From Octopus sinensis (taxonomy: Eukaryota), in contig NC_043019.1 of the NCBI RefSeq assembly GCF_006345805.1, positions 11,965,360 to 12,029,359 of the forward strand: a stretch of DNA of 64,000 nucleotides. The letters are read 5' to 3'. The notes under the pieces are model-generated. The model was not told the DNA's origin. It saw only the letters and a list, made by a program, of their open reading frames with translations, and made no database searches. The position numbers and the translations under genes are program-made. Shown here piece by piece: positions 50,644 to 64,000 of this stretch. Position 1 is the first letter of the stretch, and each line of letters opens with the position of its first letter.

Positions 50644-51001
50644 TTTTTCTGAAAGTTATGAGGAAACAAATTCGGTGAGGGCACACTTGTGTAGGTATAC
50701 TCTTTTTTTTTTTTCTTCGGTCAAAGAAATTCAAATAAAATGCCTTGCTCAATGACATAATATGCTGCACGGTCCAAGAACTTGAACTCACGACATTACG
50801 ATCCGATCATGAGCTAAAAAAAATCTCAGTTTTTCTGAAAGTTACGAGGAAACAAATTCGGTGAGGGCATACTTGAGTAAGTATACTCTTATTTTTTTCC
50901 CCTCAGCCGAACAAATTCAAATAAAATGCCTTGCTGAAAGGCATAATATGCTGCACGGCCCAAGAACTTGAACTCACGACATTACGATCCGATCATGAGC
51001 T
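50644..51001. repeat. ~186-bp tandem duplication
   Basis: ttttctgaaagtta.gaggaaacaaattcggtgagggca...cattacgatccgatcatgagct occurs at 50644-50815 and 50830-51001. Confidence 0.85.
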
Positions 51002-51059
51002 GAACACTCTAACCATTGGACTACGTGCCTCCTTCAGTGAAGTGGAGAAAACGAGTTAT

Positions 51060-51196
51060 TTCCCCTGACCGGTGTCACAGTTGGTGCTTGATTTAGATTC
51101 CTCCTTCTGTGTGGTCGGTCTGTGATTGCATTTCTTCCACTGTAAACAAACACAGGTTTACAGTTCTAATCCCAGCAGGGGAAAACTAAGGTACGT
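51060..51196 (+). promoter_or_regulatory. Candidate non-coding first exon with splice donor of an unidentified gene
   Basis: Unique sequence ending AAG|gtacgt (GT at 51191), followed by ~3.5 kb that looks CpG-rich and SINE-poor. Confidence 0.35.
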
Positions 51197-52436
51197 ACGC
51201 ATTCAACCCCTCTATCGTTCTTGTTGCCTGTTTGTTAAGCAAATCGATTTTTGAAAAAAAATAAATCGTTTTATATCTAATTATAATGATTCTTCGAAGG
51301 CAAAGTCTCTGTCTCACACGAAATGTTTAACCTCTGTCGCCGTTGGACCTGGTTTTTTGTTGCTCTTTCTCTTTCGCGTTGGTTCTTTAACTCCAATCGA
51401 TTGCCGGCATCTGTCTTATTCTTGTAATTCTACAATCTATTGTTTTCTTGAGGATTGCTTGCATTTCTCATTATCTACAACGGTTAATTAGCGTTATAAT
51501 TATTACGCATCAGCTATTGATCATCATTATCACTATCATCATCATCATCATTATTATCATCATCATCATCATCATCATTCATCATCCCCGCTGCCTCAAT
51601 TATCATAATTATTATTACCACCGTCATCATCTCCCAAGCATTCTACCCTGCTTATAGTTGTGTAGGAATAACAGATGTAGTTAGTAGAGTAGCTTTGGTA
51701 TTATTAGTAGTATTAGTGGTAATATTGGTTGGTGGTCGATATAAAGTGGCGTGTCTGGTAAGTAATGCAATAGTAGTTGTAGTAGTAGTAGTGAATAGGT
51801 TCGATTTATTTACCATTTCTCACGTTACAGTAAATGCCTGTGAACACTTTTATTCTCAACAACATGTCTTTTCATTTGGTGCCCGTGACTCATCCCAAGA
51901 AGTATTCCGTTCGATTCTGATTCATGTCTTTTTTTGTCGTCGGTCTGTCTTTCTTCTCTTCGTGTCAATATTTTTATTGTACGAAAGCAAGAATAAAAAT
52001 ATTATATAATTATAATAATAATAATAATAATAACAGCAACAACAAACCGAGGTTGTGTTAGGTTTCTATGACCAAACCAAATATAAATTTCGGGTAGAGC
52101 CCTTCATTAAATATCTCTGCCTTGAAACATTTATTATACATCTATCTAGTCACGGCAACCTAACATACACAATATATCTTCTCAAACTGCTAGTCTCTTC
52201 ATATTCTGCTTGTTATATATACATGTGCCTGTTCTTTTGGTTGTATGCCTATTTCTAGATGCCTCGCTCTGTTTATCTGGTTCTACGAGCATGTATATCT
52301 CTGACTTTCTATTTCTATATCCATCTGTCTATCTGATTGCCTCTCTGGTGCTCTACTCCTTTATTAGCTATTTTATTTCTCCTAAAACATTACAATTTGA
52401 CGTGTGGGTCTATCTATCTATCTATCTATCTATCTA

Positions 52437-52477
<41 letters not shown>

Positions 52478-52482
52478 GCGTG

Positions 52483-52540
<58 letters not shown>

Positions 52541-53542
52541 TATATCGATTTGTCTATCTGGTTGTTGTTTCTACGTACAAATTCTCTCTTCTTGTAGAAA
52601 TAGGAGAGGCATTTAGAACACAAATACAGAGGCAATCTTTATCTTTGTCTGTAGAAATTACGTTCCCACTGGAATAACGTTAAGATCCATTTTAGATTAA
52701 TAAATATATAAATAGATAGACAGAGAAAGTGACAGAATGAGAGAGAGAGAGAGAGAGGGGGGGAAGAGATAAATGGATAGAAAGGGGATAAAGACAGACA
52801 GATAGAAACACACACAGAAAAAAAAAAAAGAGAGATAGAGATACAAGTAAATGGATAGAAAGAAAAAGATATACACACACACACAGATAGATAGATAGAA
52901 AGGGAAAGGGAAAGAAATGTGCGTGAATAAGTTAGTTTCATTATAAAGTTAAGACTTGTTGGCGACCCTGGGTAAGCATGGTTTTATCTCTCTCTTTCAT
53001 ATCAAAGATTAAAAAAGGCTGCCTTTTGATTACGTCGGTTCTCTTGTTACTAACTCTATATGGGATCGTATCGTGTGTGCGTATGTATGTATGTGTGTGT
53101 TTGCGTGTGTAGATGTGTGGGTGTATGTTTTACGTTTGTATGTGCGTCTGTGTGACATAGGTGTGTGTGTGTTTGTATGTGTATGTGAGTGTGTGTCTAT
53201 GTGTGATGTTGCTGTGTGTATATGTATACGCGTGTGTATGTATGTAAGCGTGTCTACGTGTGGTTATAGATGTATATGTATGTGATTATAGGAGTGTATG
53301 TGATGTAGGGGGTGTGTATATGTATGTGCGTGTGTGTATGTGTGTGGACATTGTTCGAGGTCGAAAACTGAAGGTCCAATATTTATCGAAATTCCAAAAT
53401 CTTTGTTCCAGAATGCATCCTCATTATTATCTCCCTCGTTATGAGCGATGGTGATATTTACAACCTTAATTCGGTTAAGCCACGCGGTTCATCCTAACTC
53501 AACAAACATTAAAAAAACAGATCCACCCACCCACTTTCTCTT

Positions 53543-53584
<42 letters not shown>

Positions 53585-55160
53585 TTTCTCACATATATAC
53601 ACGTATGTTTGTGTGTGTTTTGGCGTCGATCAGTTCTGCTTCAACTGGTATAACACTGAACTAGCTGCATTCTATCCATGCCCATCCTGACTTTATTGCT
53701 GAGACATTGTTTATTCTTAGATTCAGCACTGAGCATGTGGAATCTTGATTTTTTTTAAAGACGACAATGGGGAGGTCTGTTTCGAGAGATTTGGCTGGTG
53801 TGACATTTTTGGAACGGAGGCGGTCGCTTACATAGAATCCCCTCCACCAACCTTGTTGGTTCGTAACTTGAGTATTTTGGGTGGCCTTTGTATAGATAAA
53901 GCAAGGGTTCTTGTACTTTCGCTTCTACACATGTTGCCGCTCCACACGAACATGGCATTCACGTTTGTATGTGTGTTTTTAAAATTTATTTCGGGGGTGG
54001 AAGGTCATGAACGTTGTCACATAATTTCAGATAAAATTTGGCTCTTTAGTCTATAAATAATGATTTATGTTCGATGTTATTTAGCCCTTGGTCGTCCCTG
54101 ATCGACCGATCGGATCAGTTATCAATGGCATTCAAGCCATGACTGTTCATTTTGTTTGTTTTTGTTTTTGTTTCAGATACATTGTGTTTAGAAATACATT
54201 ATCCAGTACGCACAGTTTTTTGTTTTTTTTTCAAAAACAGTAGGGTATGATTCGAGGGAGTTTTGGAACAACTGCTCCCTCCAATTCTCATATCCCGTGG
54301 GAAAAGAAATGGGTACAAGAATGAAAGAGAACAGTAAAAAAAAAATAAAAAGGAAAAGAATAATTGAAATTTTGGAAGAGGAGGAAAAAATTTCAGAATC
54401 TTAATTTTCATTGTATGAAACACAAGACTACTGGAAAATGAAAGGGGGAAAAAAAAAACTGCCTTTCTTTTACCATTTGGTATGGGATTTTGAAGGACAG
54501 CTATCCCCAAACGCTGCAGAGATTTTGGCTATTAGTTTCCAGTTGGTCAGGCAACTACATAGAAGCCATTCTCTGTCGTATTTACTTTATTCAGTGTGAT
54601 GGAGGGTGGGCGGGTGGGGGAGAGAAGAAGAAAAGTTGCCAAAAATATTTGTTGACCCCCCTGAGAGACTGGGGAGAAAGAATAACTGGATAAAAGTGAG
54701 TGGGATCAGTGTTTAGGGAAGATCTGAAATCTGAGAACCCGTGTGCTAAACGATGGTTTGTTTACATTCCTCGCAGCAGCCAAACGTATTGACGAGTTAA
54801 TAAAGAATGGTGGTGGTGGTAGTGGTTGGGGCTCTGTGTGATCGCTTACCCTGCTAGAAATAAATAGCTAGGTATCCCTCAGATCACATTCTACAGCCAT
54901 AAACAGGGAAACAGATGTAAAGGACAATAATACCAGGCTTAGATGTAGGTTAAGGAGTTTGCTTTTCAACCTCTTAGTTTGGGATTCTTCTCTTGGGCAA
55001 GTGTCTTCTACTATAGCCCCAGGCCGAACAAAGCCTTGTGAGTGGATTTGGTAAATGGAAACTGAAAGAAGACTATCATACACACTCACATGACCGTGTG
55101 TGTACCTTTGGCGATTTTTTTTCCTCTGTCTTCCCTTCTCTGGATCTTTCCTTCTCCTAT

Positions 55161-55195
55161 GTTTCCAACGAAGAGCTCTGCTCGAAACGTTAAAC
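55161..55195 (+). ncRNA. Degenerate hammerhead-like motif
   Basis: GUUU-CCAACGAA-GAGC-UCU-GCUC-GAAA-CG-UU|AAAC. Stems are intact but the core deviates from CUGANGA. Confidence 0.45.
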
Positions 55196-55388
55196 CCTCC
55201 TTCTTCCCTTCCTTCCTGAGCGTCCAATAATACTATATTTGTTCCACGTCCTCGCGTTGTTGTGTTTTTTTGTGCTTTCTTGTTTGGATTAACTATATAT
55301 ATATATAGGATGATGATGTGTGTGTGTGTATGTATATACACACACACATACATAAATATACAAAATAAGAGCACAAATGGGTTAAAGG

Positions 55389-55471
55389 TTCACTACAGCT
55401 GTTTCAGATGCATTTTTTTTATTGATGAATAATTTGATTACATGATGAAAGCAACCATTTCTTCAGGTGAA
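55389..55471 (-). ncRNA. Type I hammerhead ribozyme (imperfect stem II)
   Basis: Minus strand reads UUCAC-CUGAAGA-AAUG...CAUCU-GAAA-C-AGCU-G-UA|GUGAA: perfect 5-bp stem I and palindromic stem III. Confidence 0.7.
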
Positions 55472-55693
55472 TTAGTAATTTAAAATTTGGTTAGGAGCTA
55501 AAATACCAAAATGTGGAATGTCAGTTGACCCTCTCATTCTGGCATCATTGAACCAAATTTTAAATTTTTAATTCACCTGATGAAAACAATTTTCTTTATT
55601 TTTTTTCATAATGTAATCAAGTTATCTATCAATAAAAGACATGTATATATATATATATATATATAGGAAAAAAGCAACAAGAATGGATTAAAA

Positions 55694-55780
55694 TCTCGGT
55701 ACGATCGTTTCGTACGAGGACATCTTAATAAGCTACAAAAAATGCAGTGAATACAGATGGCTCGTACTCGTCAGCCGAAA
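55694..55780 (-). ncRNA. Type I hammerhead ribozyme with canonical core
   Basis: Minus strand reads UUUCGG-CUGACGA-GUACGAG...CUCGUAC-GAAA-C-GAUC-G-UA|CCGAGA: all core nucleotides, 6-bp stem I, 7-bp or longer stem II, palindromic stem III. Confidence 0.85.
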
Positions 55781-55879
55781 AAATATCAGAGAATTCCCAA
55801 ACATCAAAAGGGGTAGATATAAAAGAGGTTGTAGGATTAACTGCATTGAAGAATGCATATATATATATATATATATAAT

Positions 55880-55932
<53 letters not shown>

Positions 55933-56695
55933 GATGGGCTTCTTTCAGTTTCCGTCTACCAAATCCACTCACAATGCTTTGGTCAGCCCAAGGCTATAGT
56001 AGAAGACACTTGCCCAAGGTGCCACGCGGTGGGACTGAACCCGGAACCATGTGGTTCGTAAGCAGGCTACTCCTATGCCTATATATATATGCTAGTTGTC
56101 CAACCCATGCTAGCATGGAAAACGGATGTTAAATGATGATGATGATATATATATATATATATATACACACACATGCACAAACATATATAGACATATACGG
56201 ATATGTCTGAAACAAGTAAAAGAAAAAAAAAAGATAAAAGCTGACCAGTGGTGGTCATTGAGTGGACGTTTTATATTTCAGACTGTTTGTCTTTCCTCTT
56301 GGATGTTGTCCAGAATATCTATTTGCATATCGGAGTGCACAGTGTCTATCAAAAACTAATGTAGGGTGAATTTATGACTTTTTTCTCTAATGCTGTTCAT
56401 GGCTGAAGGATTTCCTGGCCCTGAAGAGGAAACTCTGCCTTTGTAATGGCAGTTTTTCTTTGGTGTCTGAACTTAATATATGTAAATGTATCCACACATG
56501 CATGAAAAGTATATGTGTATATGTATGTATATATGTATGCATATGTATTTATATATGTGTACATATATGTATATATGTATACACCACACATATATATATG
56601 TATGGGTATGTATTTGTATGTGTACATGTGTGTATTTATATATGTATGGCTATGTATTTGTATATGTGTACATGTATGTATGTATGTGTGTGTGT

Positions 56696-56727
<32 letters not shown>

Positions 56728-56876
56728 ATATATATATTATATATATATATACATATGTATATATATATGTGTATATAGGTATATACATATATATGCATAT
56801 TTGTATATATGTCTATATATATGTATGTATATATATGCATATATGTTTATATATGTATATATGTGTATGTATATAT

Positions 56877-56920
<44 letters not shown>

Positions 56921-58400
56921 ACTCTCTTTTACTTGTTTCAGTCATTTGATCGTGGCCATGCTGGAGCACCGCCTTTAGTCGAGCAAATTGACTCCAGGAC
57001 TTATTCTTTGTAAGCTTAGTACTTATTCTATTGGTCTCTTTTGCCGAACCACTAGGTTATGGAGACGTAAACACATCAGCATCGGTTGTCAAGCAATGTT
57101 GGGGGGACAAACACAGACACAGAAACATATACACACGCAAACATATATATATATACATATATATGACGGGCTTCTTTCAGTTTCCGTCTACCAAATCCAC
57201 TCACAAGGCTTTGGTTGGCTCAAAGCTATAATAGAAGACACTTGCCCAAGGTGCCATGCAGTGGAACTGAACCCAGAACCATGTGGTTGGTAAGCAAGCT
57301 ACTTACCACACAGCCACTCCTACATCTATGTATTCATATGTATACACACACACACATACATATATATATACGAGAAAATGTTGAGTTCTATATCATCCTT
57401 TAGTTTGTGGGGTTCCAAAGGTCTATTTCTAATAAAGGTTCTTCATATTACATTGGTAGCTTACTGTTGTAAGAATTTTTCGAATTATATATATAGGCAG
57501 AGGTGTAGCTGTGTGGTAAGAAACTTGCTTCTCAACCACAGGGTTCCGAGTTCACTCACACTGTGTGGCATATCTATATTTATGTGTGTGTATCTTTGTG
57601 TCTGTATTTGTCTCTGCATCATTGCTTGGTAACCAATGTTGGTTTGTTTACATTCCCATAACTTAGCGGTTTGGCAAAAAATAGAACAAGTACTAGGCCT
57701 TAAAAAATGCATGTATATATATATATATATATACAGAATATATAAGCACATACACAGATGCACATATATATATATATATACACTTTCACATATATATGTA
57801 TGTATTTATATCAGCCTATGCTAAATGTAAACATATGTTTGTAGATAAACAGGAAATACAATGAACGATGAAAACAAACACACAGAAATGTATACATGCA
57901 TTCACACAAAATTCTATCATGATAGAGTTACATTCACTGTTAAAAATAAAACTCTTAAAATATAAATAAACAGGATATATATGACGTCTATTTTCAATGA
58001 CTGGTTCTGCTGTGGCGTGACTCTTTTCAGATCAAATCATTAAACAAGGATGAAAAGAGAGTCTATCTCAGGTGTGGCTTTGTGGTTAAGAAGTTAGCTT
58101 TCTCATTCCAACCACATGGTGCAAATGTCATCTACTATAGCCTTGAGCTGACTAGAGCCTTGTCGTGGGATTTGATAGATGGAAACAGAAAGAAGCCCAA
58201 AGTATACGAGGTGCATCCAAAAAGTATCTGTTTTTATTTTTTCCTGCCAAAACTAATGCCATGTGCGCAAAAATTTTCGTACTGGTAGACTGTGTCGGTA
58301 ACTGACTGATAGAAGCTTGACAGGAACTGTCAAGATCAGGGATGGCACCAGGTTCCATGGGTTTTTTTGGCTTGGTTTCTATGGCTGGATGCCCTATGAT

Positions 58401-58450
<50 letters not shown>

Positions 58451-58451
58451 G

Positions 58452-58484
<33 letters not shown>

Positions 58485-58504
58485 TATCTATCTATCTATA
58501 TATA

Positions 58505-58551
<47 letters not shown>

Positions 58552-58809
58552 ATATCATCATCATCATTTAATGTCCGTTTTCCATACACACACACATACA
58601 TACATATATACGATGGGCTTCTTTCAGTCTCCCTCTACCAAGTCCACTCACAAGGCTTTGGTTGGCCCGAGGCTATAGTAGAAGACACTTGCCCAAGGTG
58701 CTTCGCAGTGGGACTGAACCCAGAACCATGTGGTTCGTAAGCAAGCTACTTACCACACAGCCACTCCTACGCCTATACTTACCACACAGCCACTCCTATG
58801 TCTATATTT

Positions 58810-60898
58810 TTTCTTGACACACCTTCAATTTCAAAAACCACAGTGACAACTGTTTTAAGAAAAGGTGCAAATGGAGTGGTAGAAGGTAATAATTGTGGAA
58901 GAACAAAAACAAAATCATGGAAAAGCAAAACAATATCAAAATCAAAAAACAAAAATGATGAACAGATGACCCATCACCAAAAGGAGCTTCGCCAACATAT
59001 TTTATTTCCATGAGTTCTAAGTCATTATTGTAGGTCTTCAAGCAACTTGCTGTATCTCTCTTCAGAATTGACCTCGTCAAAAATGTATGATTTGTATGTA
59101 TGTGGAATTATGAAATCAAAATGAAACACAATCCTTGAGCTACACCATATACTGGGGCAAACTTTTCAGTCATTGCCCCCAAAAAAGACTGGTGTGAAAC
59201 CTGTGAAAAGTTTTCTAAACTAGATATTGAAGAAAGAAGAAAACGAAGCAGAAAAATTTCAAGACCATCGCCAAAGGGTGGAAAAAATTCGTGAAATTAA
59301 AACCACTTCGAAGCGAGGAGCTACACAATATACTGGCAAACTTTTCAGTCAATGAACTTAAGTTTTCATTGCCCCAAAAAGACTGGTGTGAAACCTGTGA
59401 AAAGTTTTCTAAACTAGATATTGAAGAAAGAAGAAAAAGAAGCAGAAACATTTCAAGAGCATCGCCAAAGGGTGGAAAAAATTCGTGAAATTTAAACCAC
59501 TTTGAAGCAAGAAAATGACGGAACCAAAATCACAGCTGTATTTGATTTGCAAAAAGCTCTTCCCACTCCAAAATCTGAAGTTTCATTATTTTATTACTCG
59601 TGAAAAGTCTAGACATATAATTTTTCTATATCTGATTTAACTAAGGATGAAGATATTTGTTTTGTCTGGAACGAAACAATATCTGGTCGAGGTAGGAATG
59701 AAATTGGCAGCTGCTTGTTCCAAATGCTGAAACAATGGGATGCAAAAGGAGCAAAGAATTTGACTTCTTTAGTGATGCATCCTTCTCGAGCCGTGCCTGG
59801 CTCATAAGGGCCAGTTTCCCGGTTTCCTTGGTGTATATGTTCCCCATCTGCACGGGACGCCGGTCCGTCACAGGTGAGCTGCAAGATGCAGGAGGAAAGA
59901 GTGAGAGAAAGTTGTGGTGATGAGTCAGCAGAAGTTTGCCATTCCCTTCTGCCGGAGCTGAGTGAACCTTAGGTGTTCCACTCATAAACACACACATCAC
60001 CCGGTCTGTGATTTGAACCTGCGATCCCTCGACCGCGAATCCGCTGCTGTAACCACTAGGCCATGTGCCTCCACTTAGTGATGCATGCCCAAGACAAAAC
60101 CGTAATTGGAACATTCTGGCTTTGTTTCATGCTTTCGTGAACATAGAAGCAAAGAACATCAAAGTGATTAATCACTACTTCTTTGAGTCTGGACATGGCC
60201 AGAATGAAAATGATTCTGTCCATTCTGTTATTGAACATGCAGCAAAGCACTTAGATGTGTTTATTCCTGAACAATGGTACATGCTTATTAGATCAGATCA
60301 AAGAAAAAGAGCTACAAAGTTATTGAATTGGGCCAATCACAAATTTATGATTTTGTAGATGTTGTAGGTCAGACAGTGTTCAGAAAGGGAACAGCAAAAG
60401 TTTTCCAAAATGCAGATTACGAGTTACAAAAGAGGGGAAGTTTTGTACAGTTACTCTGCTCTGAACGAGCCTGTGCCACTAAATGCAACATTCAAAAAAA
60501 TTAAAAGCATCCTATATAAACTTGTAAACAAAGAGGGTTTCAAGCCCATCCAAAAAAGCAAAATGAAAGATTTATCAAACTTGTGTCAAAAATTGGTTAT
60601 TCCTAAGCCATACCATGGTTTTTATCAAAGTTTAACCCTTTCGATACCAACCCGGCTGAAACCGCCTCTGGCTCTGTAGTGCAAATGTCATGTTTTCATA
60701 AGTTTTGAATTAAAATCTTCCACCAAACCTTAATCACAATTTACGTTCCTAATACTAGCTTAATGATAACTAAGTTATTTTACTAATTTCTTTGTTATAT
60801 TTTAAATAATTGAAAGAAACACAGAGCATCTCAAAATAAATACGGTAACAAAAGGGTTAAGAAAAGACACTTGTGTGAATGAAGAACAGAATAAGTAA
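58810..60898 (+). mobile_element. Disrupted DDD transposase, most like Sola1
   Basis: SHYCRSS..LY...KMYDLY, PKKDWCETC, FDLQKALPTP..FYY..YNF, WNE..GRGRNEIGSCL, SDACPRQNRN, GHGQNENDSVHSVIE. Stops, frameshifts and two nested insertions. Superfamily assigned from motif recall. Confidence 0.75.
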
Positions 60899-61721
60899 TG
60901 TTCTTTTGGCAACAAAGCAAGTTTTTAGCATTAAGTTTTGCGTGACATCATAAATGACTGAAGGGGTTTCAACAGTGACCATTAACCATGATCGTTATTA
61001 TGATGTTGTTGTTAGATTCTTTGCATTTTGCGATGAAAAATGTGAATTCTTGCAGTGTATGGAGATATTTTGCCTCACATGAAATTTGCTTATTTTGTAC
61101 TTTTTTTGATTAATGATATTAAATGTTTGAGATGTGATATGTTAGGTGGATGACCTTAAATTTGCTGTTTGTTATACTCGTCTCATTTACTTGAGCACTT
61201 CTCTTGAAGTCCTGTTAACCCTCTTGTTCCTAATAAGAAATAACCACTATTATTTAGAGATAAATATGTACATACAGAAATATACATACATACACACACA
61301 CACATATATATATATATATACTCTTTTACTTGTTTCAGTCATTTGACTGCGGCCATGCTGGAGCACCGCCTTTAGTCGAGCAAATCGACCCTGGGACTTA
61401 TTCTTTGTAAGCCCAGTACTTATTCTATCGGTCTCTTTTGCCGAACCGCTAAGTGACGGGGACGTAAACACACCAGCATCGGTTGTCAAGCAATGCTAGG
61501 AGGACAAACACAGAGACACAAACACATACACACACATACACATATATATATACATATATACGACAGGCTTCTTTCAGTTTCCGTGTACCAAATCCACTCA
61601 CAAGGCATTGGTTGGCCCGGAGCTACAGCAGAAGACACTTGCCCAAGATGCCATGCAGTAGGACTGAACCCGGAACCATGTGGTTGGTTAGCAAGCTACT
61701 TACCACACAGCCACTCCTGCG

Positions 61722-61767
<46 letters not shown>

Positions 61768-61799
61768 AAAGAAAAAATACAGTCTTTGTGTATTAATCA

Positions 61800-62060
61800 A
61801 TGCCCATTGGTTAGGGAAATTTAAATTAGTTAGCTGGGCATGCTCACTGTCATTCAGAGTTGGTGCTGCATTCTGTGCTCCCGTGGGATCCCCTACACAG
61901 ACACTCTAGAAAAGGGAAACCGAGGATGACATATCTCGATACCCTAAGGACAGACACTGGTCTCTGAGAGAAAGAGAACATGGCAGAGATGATGAGGGAC
62001 AAAGACCGCTGGAGAGAATTCGTCCATGGATCTCGGGAATTTTGCTGTATGGTATAGACC
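61800..62060 (+). mobile_element. RTE-like LINE C-terminal fragment
   Basis: LAGHAH.H.EL..H.VL.W.P....RKGKPRMTYLDTLRTDTGL*...MMRDKDRWREFV. Confidence 0.75.
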
Positions 62061-64000
62061 TGGTAGCTTGCCGGTAAAGTATGTTCACTGGCTGGTAGTT
62101 CGTTGGGTATGTAATTAATGAGAGAGATAGAAGAATATGAGAATCTTTATTTATCACTACAATTGTTTTGACCCATCTAGCATTAATCCCTCGTGGGTGG
62201 GTTACTATACAACTTGTTTAGGTGTATCCCTCAGTCTAGATGTGTCTCCTCAAGTGATTTCAAGTGGTATCTTATTTAAATAAACTCTGTTTTGCAAAAT
62301 TTCTTCTTGGTCTTCGTATATAGAAATAACAAATTAAGGGATACGGCTTCATTGTTATAGAAGATCCATAACAAAGGATCAGGTACTTAAAGAAACAAAT
62401 ACACAATACAGCGTATAAAATATTAGATATAAGTGTTAGTAGATAGGAATGTACAAACGCCCACGTGTATGTGGTCTGGTGCATGTACACTTGTTTATGC
62501 AAATGGATATGCACATAAAAGCACACACGTGTCATCTGGCACACATAGGCTTGCACACAGAATTAGGTTATTAATAAAATCAGTGGCTATTAGCGCGGTC
62601 CACTGAGCCTGGCTGGTATACTTTCAGTACTTGTACTGTCATAAATATGGACATAAATACTGAACTAGCAGATCAATATTTTTTGAATGAACAACTAATG
62701 GAATAACCAACATCCTGTAAAAAGCATCAGTACCAGGGTTAAGATATCCTGTGTAGCTTGTCTTAGGTTTTCTTTGTGTTTTCATCCCACCGTGAGTGAT
62801 ACATATTGAGAGACACAAGTTAGTATTTATCTCACTTTAAGCAGTATACAATGGCCAAGGCGTATCCCAGTGACATTGGTAGCTAGTGTGACATTGTGTT
62901 TATAATGGGGAGGTTGTAGCTATTCATCCATACAATTGGGTTAAAGCATGGTTATTAATCTAGTCAACGTTTACTCATTGGCTCACTGTATTGGACACAG
63001 TGTATTGTGGCCCACTGTATTGTGTGAAAGGGCATTTAGTAGCATTCAAGTATCTTGTTAGAATTTTAAAAATCTTATTAGCAAGCTTCTCATTGGTTCA
63101 CAAAATACACAACAATTCTTTGGAATACAGTCTGCATCTCCTGAAAAGAACATTCTACAGTTTTGCATATCTTATTATAGACCAAGTGAGATCATATTTA
63201 CCATATTTTAACTTGTATAAGGAACCCTCTGACTTTTTGGGCTTAAAATTTGGAAAAAGGTTTTGTAAGGGGTTATAATACTATCCATGTATACTCTTTA
63301 CTCTCTTTTACTCTTTTACTTGTTTCAGTCATTTGACTGCGGCCCTGCTGGAGCACCGCCTTTTGTCGAGCAAATCGCCCCCAGGACTTATTCTTTGTAA
63401 GCCTAGTACTTATTGTATCGGTCTCTTTTGACGAACCACTAAGTTACGGGGACATAAACACACCAGCATTGGTTGTCAAGCAATGTTTAGGGGACAAACA
63501 CAGTCACACAAACATACACATACATATATATATATATACATATATACGATGGGCTTCTTTCAGTGTCAAGGTGCCACTCAGTGGGACTGAACCCGAAACC
63601 ATGTGGTTCATAAGCAAGCTAAGAAACTTCCATATTTTTTTAACCTAATTTTTGACAAGAAAATGTTCCTTACACACTTTAAAATTCAGTAATCTTATCC
63701 TCTTTAAGTTGCCACACAAAACCAGCCAAAAATGTCAAAGTGGTTTATGTCAAGGTTCATACAATCCAGTACTAAGACTGAAGGTAGCATCAGGGAGATT
63801 TACTCTACAGTAATCTTTTTCAATATTGATGTTAAGTCTGAAGTTCTTATATTATATCTTTTATGCTTTACTTGTTTCAGGCATTGGACTGTGGCCTGTA
63901 GCCATGCTGGGGGGCATTGCCTTGAAGAACTTTTTGTTGAGTTAATTGATCCCACTACTTATTTTTTGTTAAGCCTGGTACTTATTCTGTCAGTCTCTTT

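Noticed and set aside
62320-62390. Possible small exon (tatag|...CAG|gtactt)
   Set aside because: Stops in all three frames. It could only be UTR and has no other support.

Overview
AT-rich, microsatellite-dense animal DNA. The SINE families suggest an octopus-like cephalopod, which is an inference. Two clear protein-coding genes are present, both with intronless CDS and divergent about 5.4 kb apart: RTRAF/C14orf166 (minus, 23785-24534) and UNC50 (plus, 29901-30746). The rest is mostly transposon debris: three tRNA-derived SINE families, RTE, CR1-like and R4/Dong-like LINE ends, Tc1/mariner, piggyBac-type and Sola1-like DNA transposons, and a non-autonomous Helitron. The most striking signal is a set of short, ORF-less elements embedded in (TA)n tracts (10140-12215 and 55085-55860) that carry minimal type I hammerhead ribozyme motifs. 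One has an inverted plus tandem-direct architecture, a U3-A8 variant core and a predicted 362-nt self-excising RNA monomer (Penelope pLTR or retrozyme-like). Also notable are SINE multimers with one recurring junction, a PHD finger inside an RTE reverse transcriptase, and a minisatellite-generating RTE 3' UTR. Repeat boundaries were read by eye and are approximate. Most ORFs in the supplied track are repeat artefacts.
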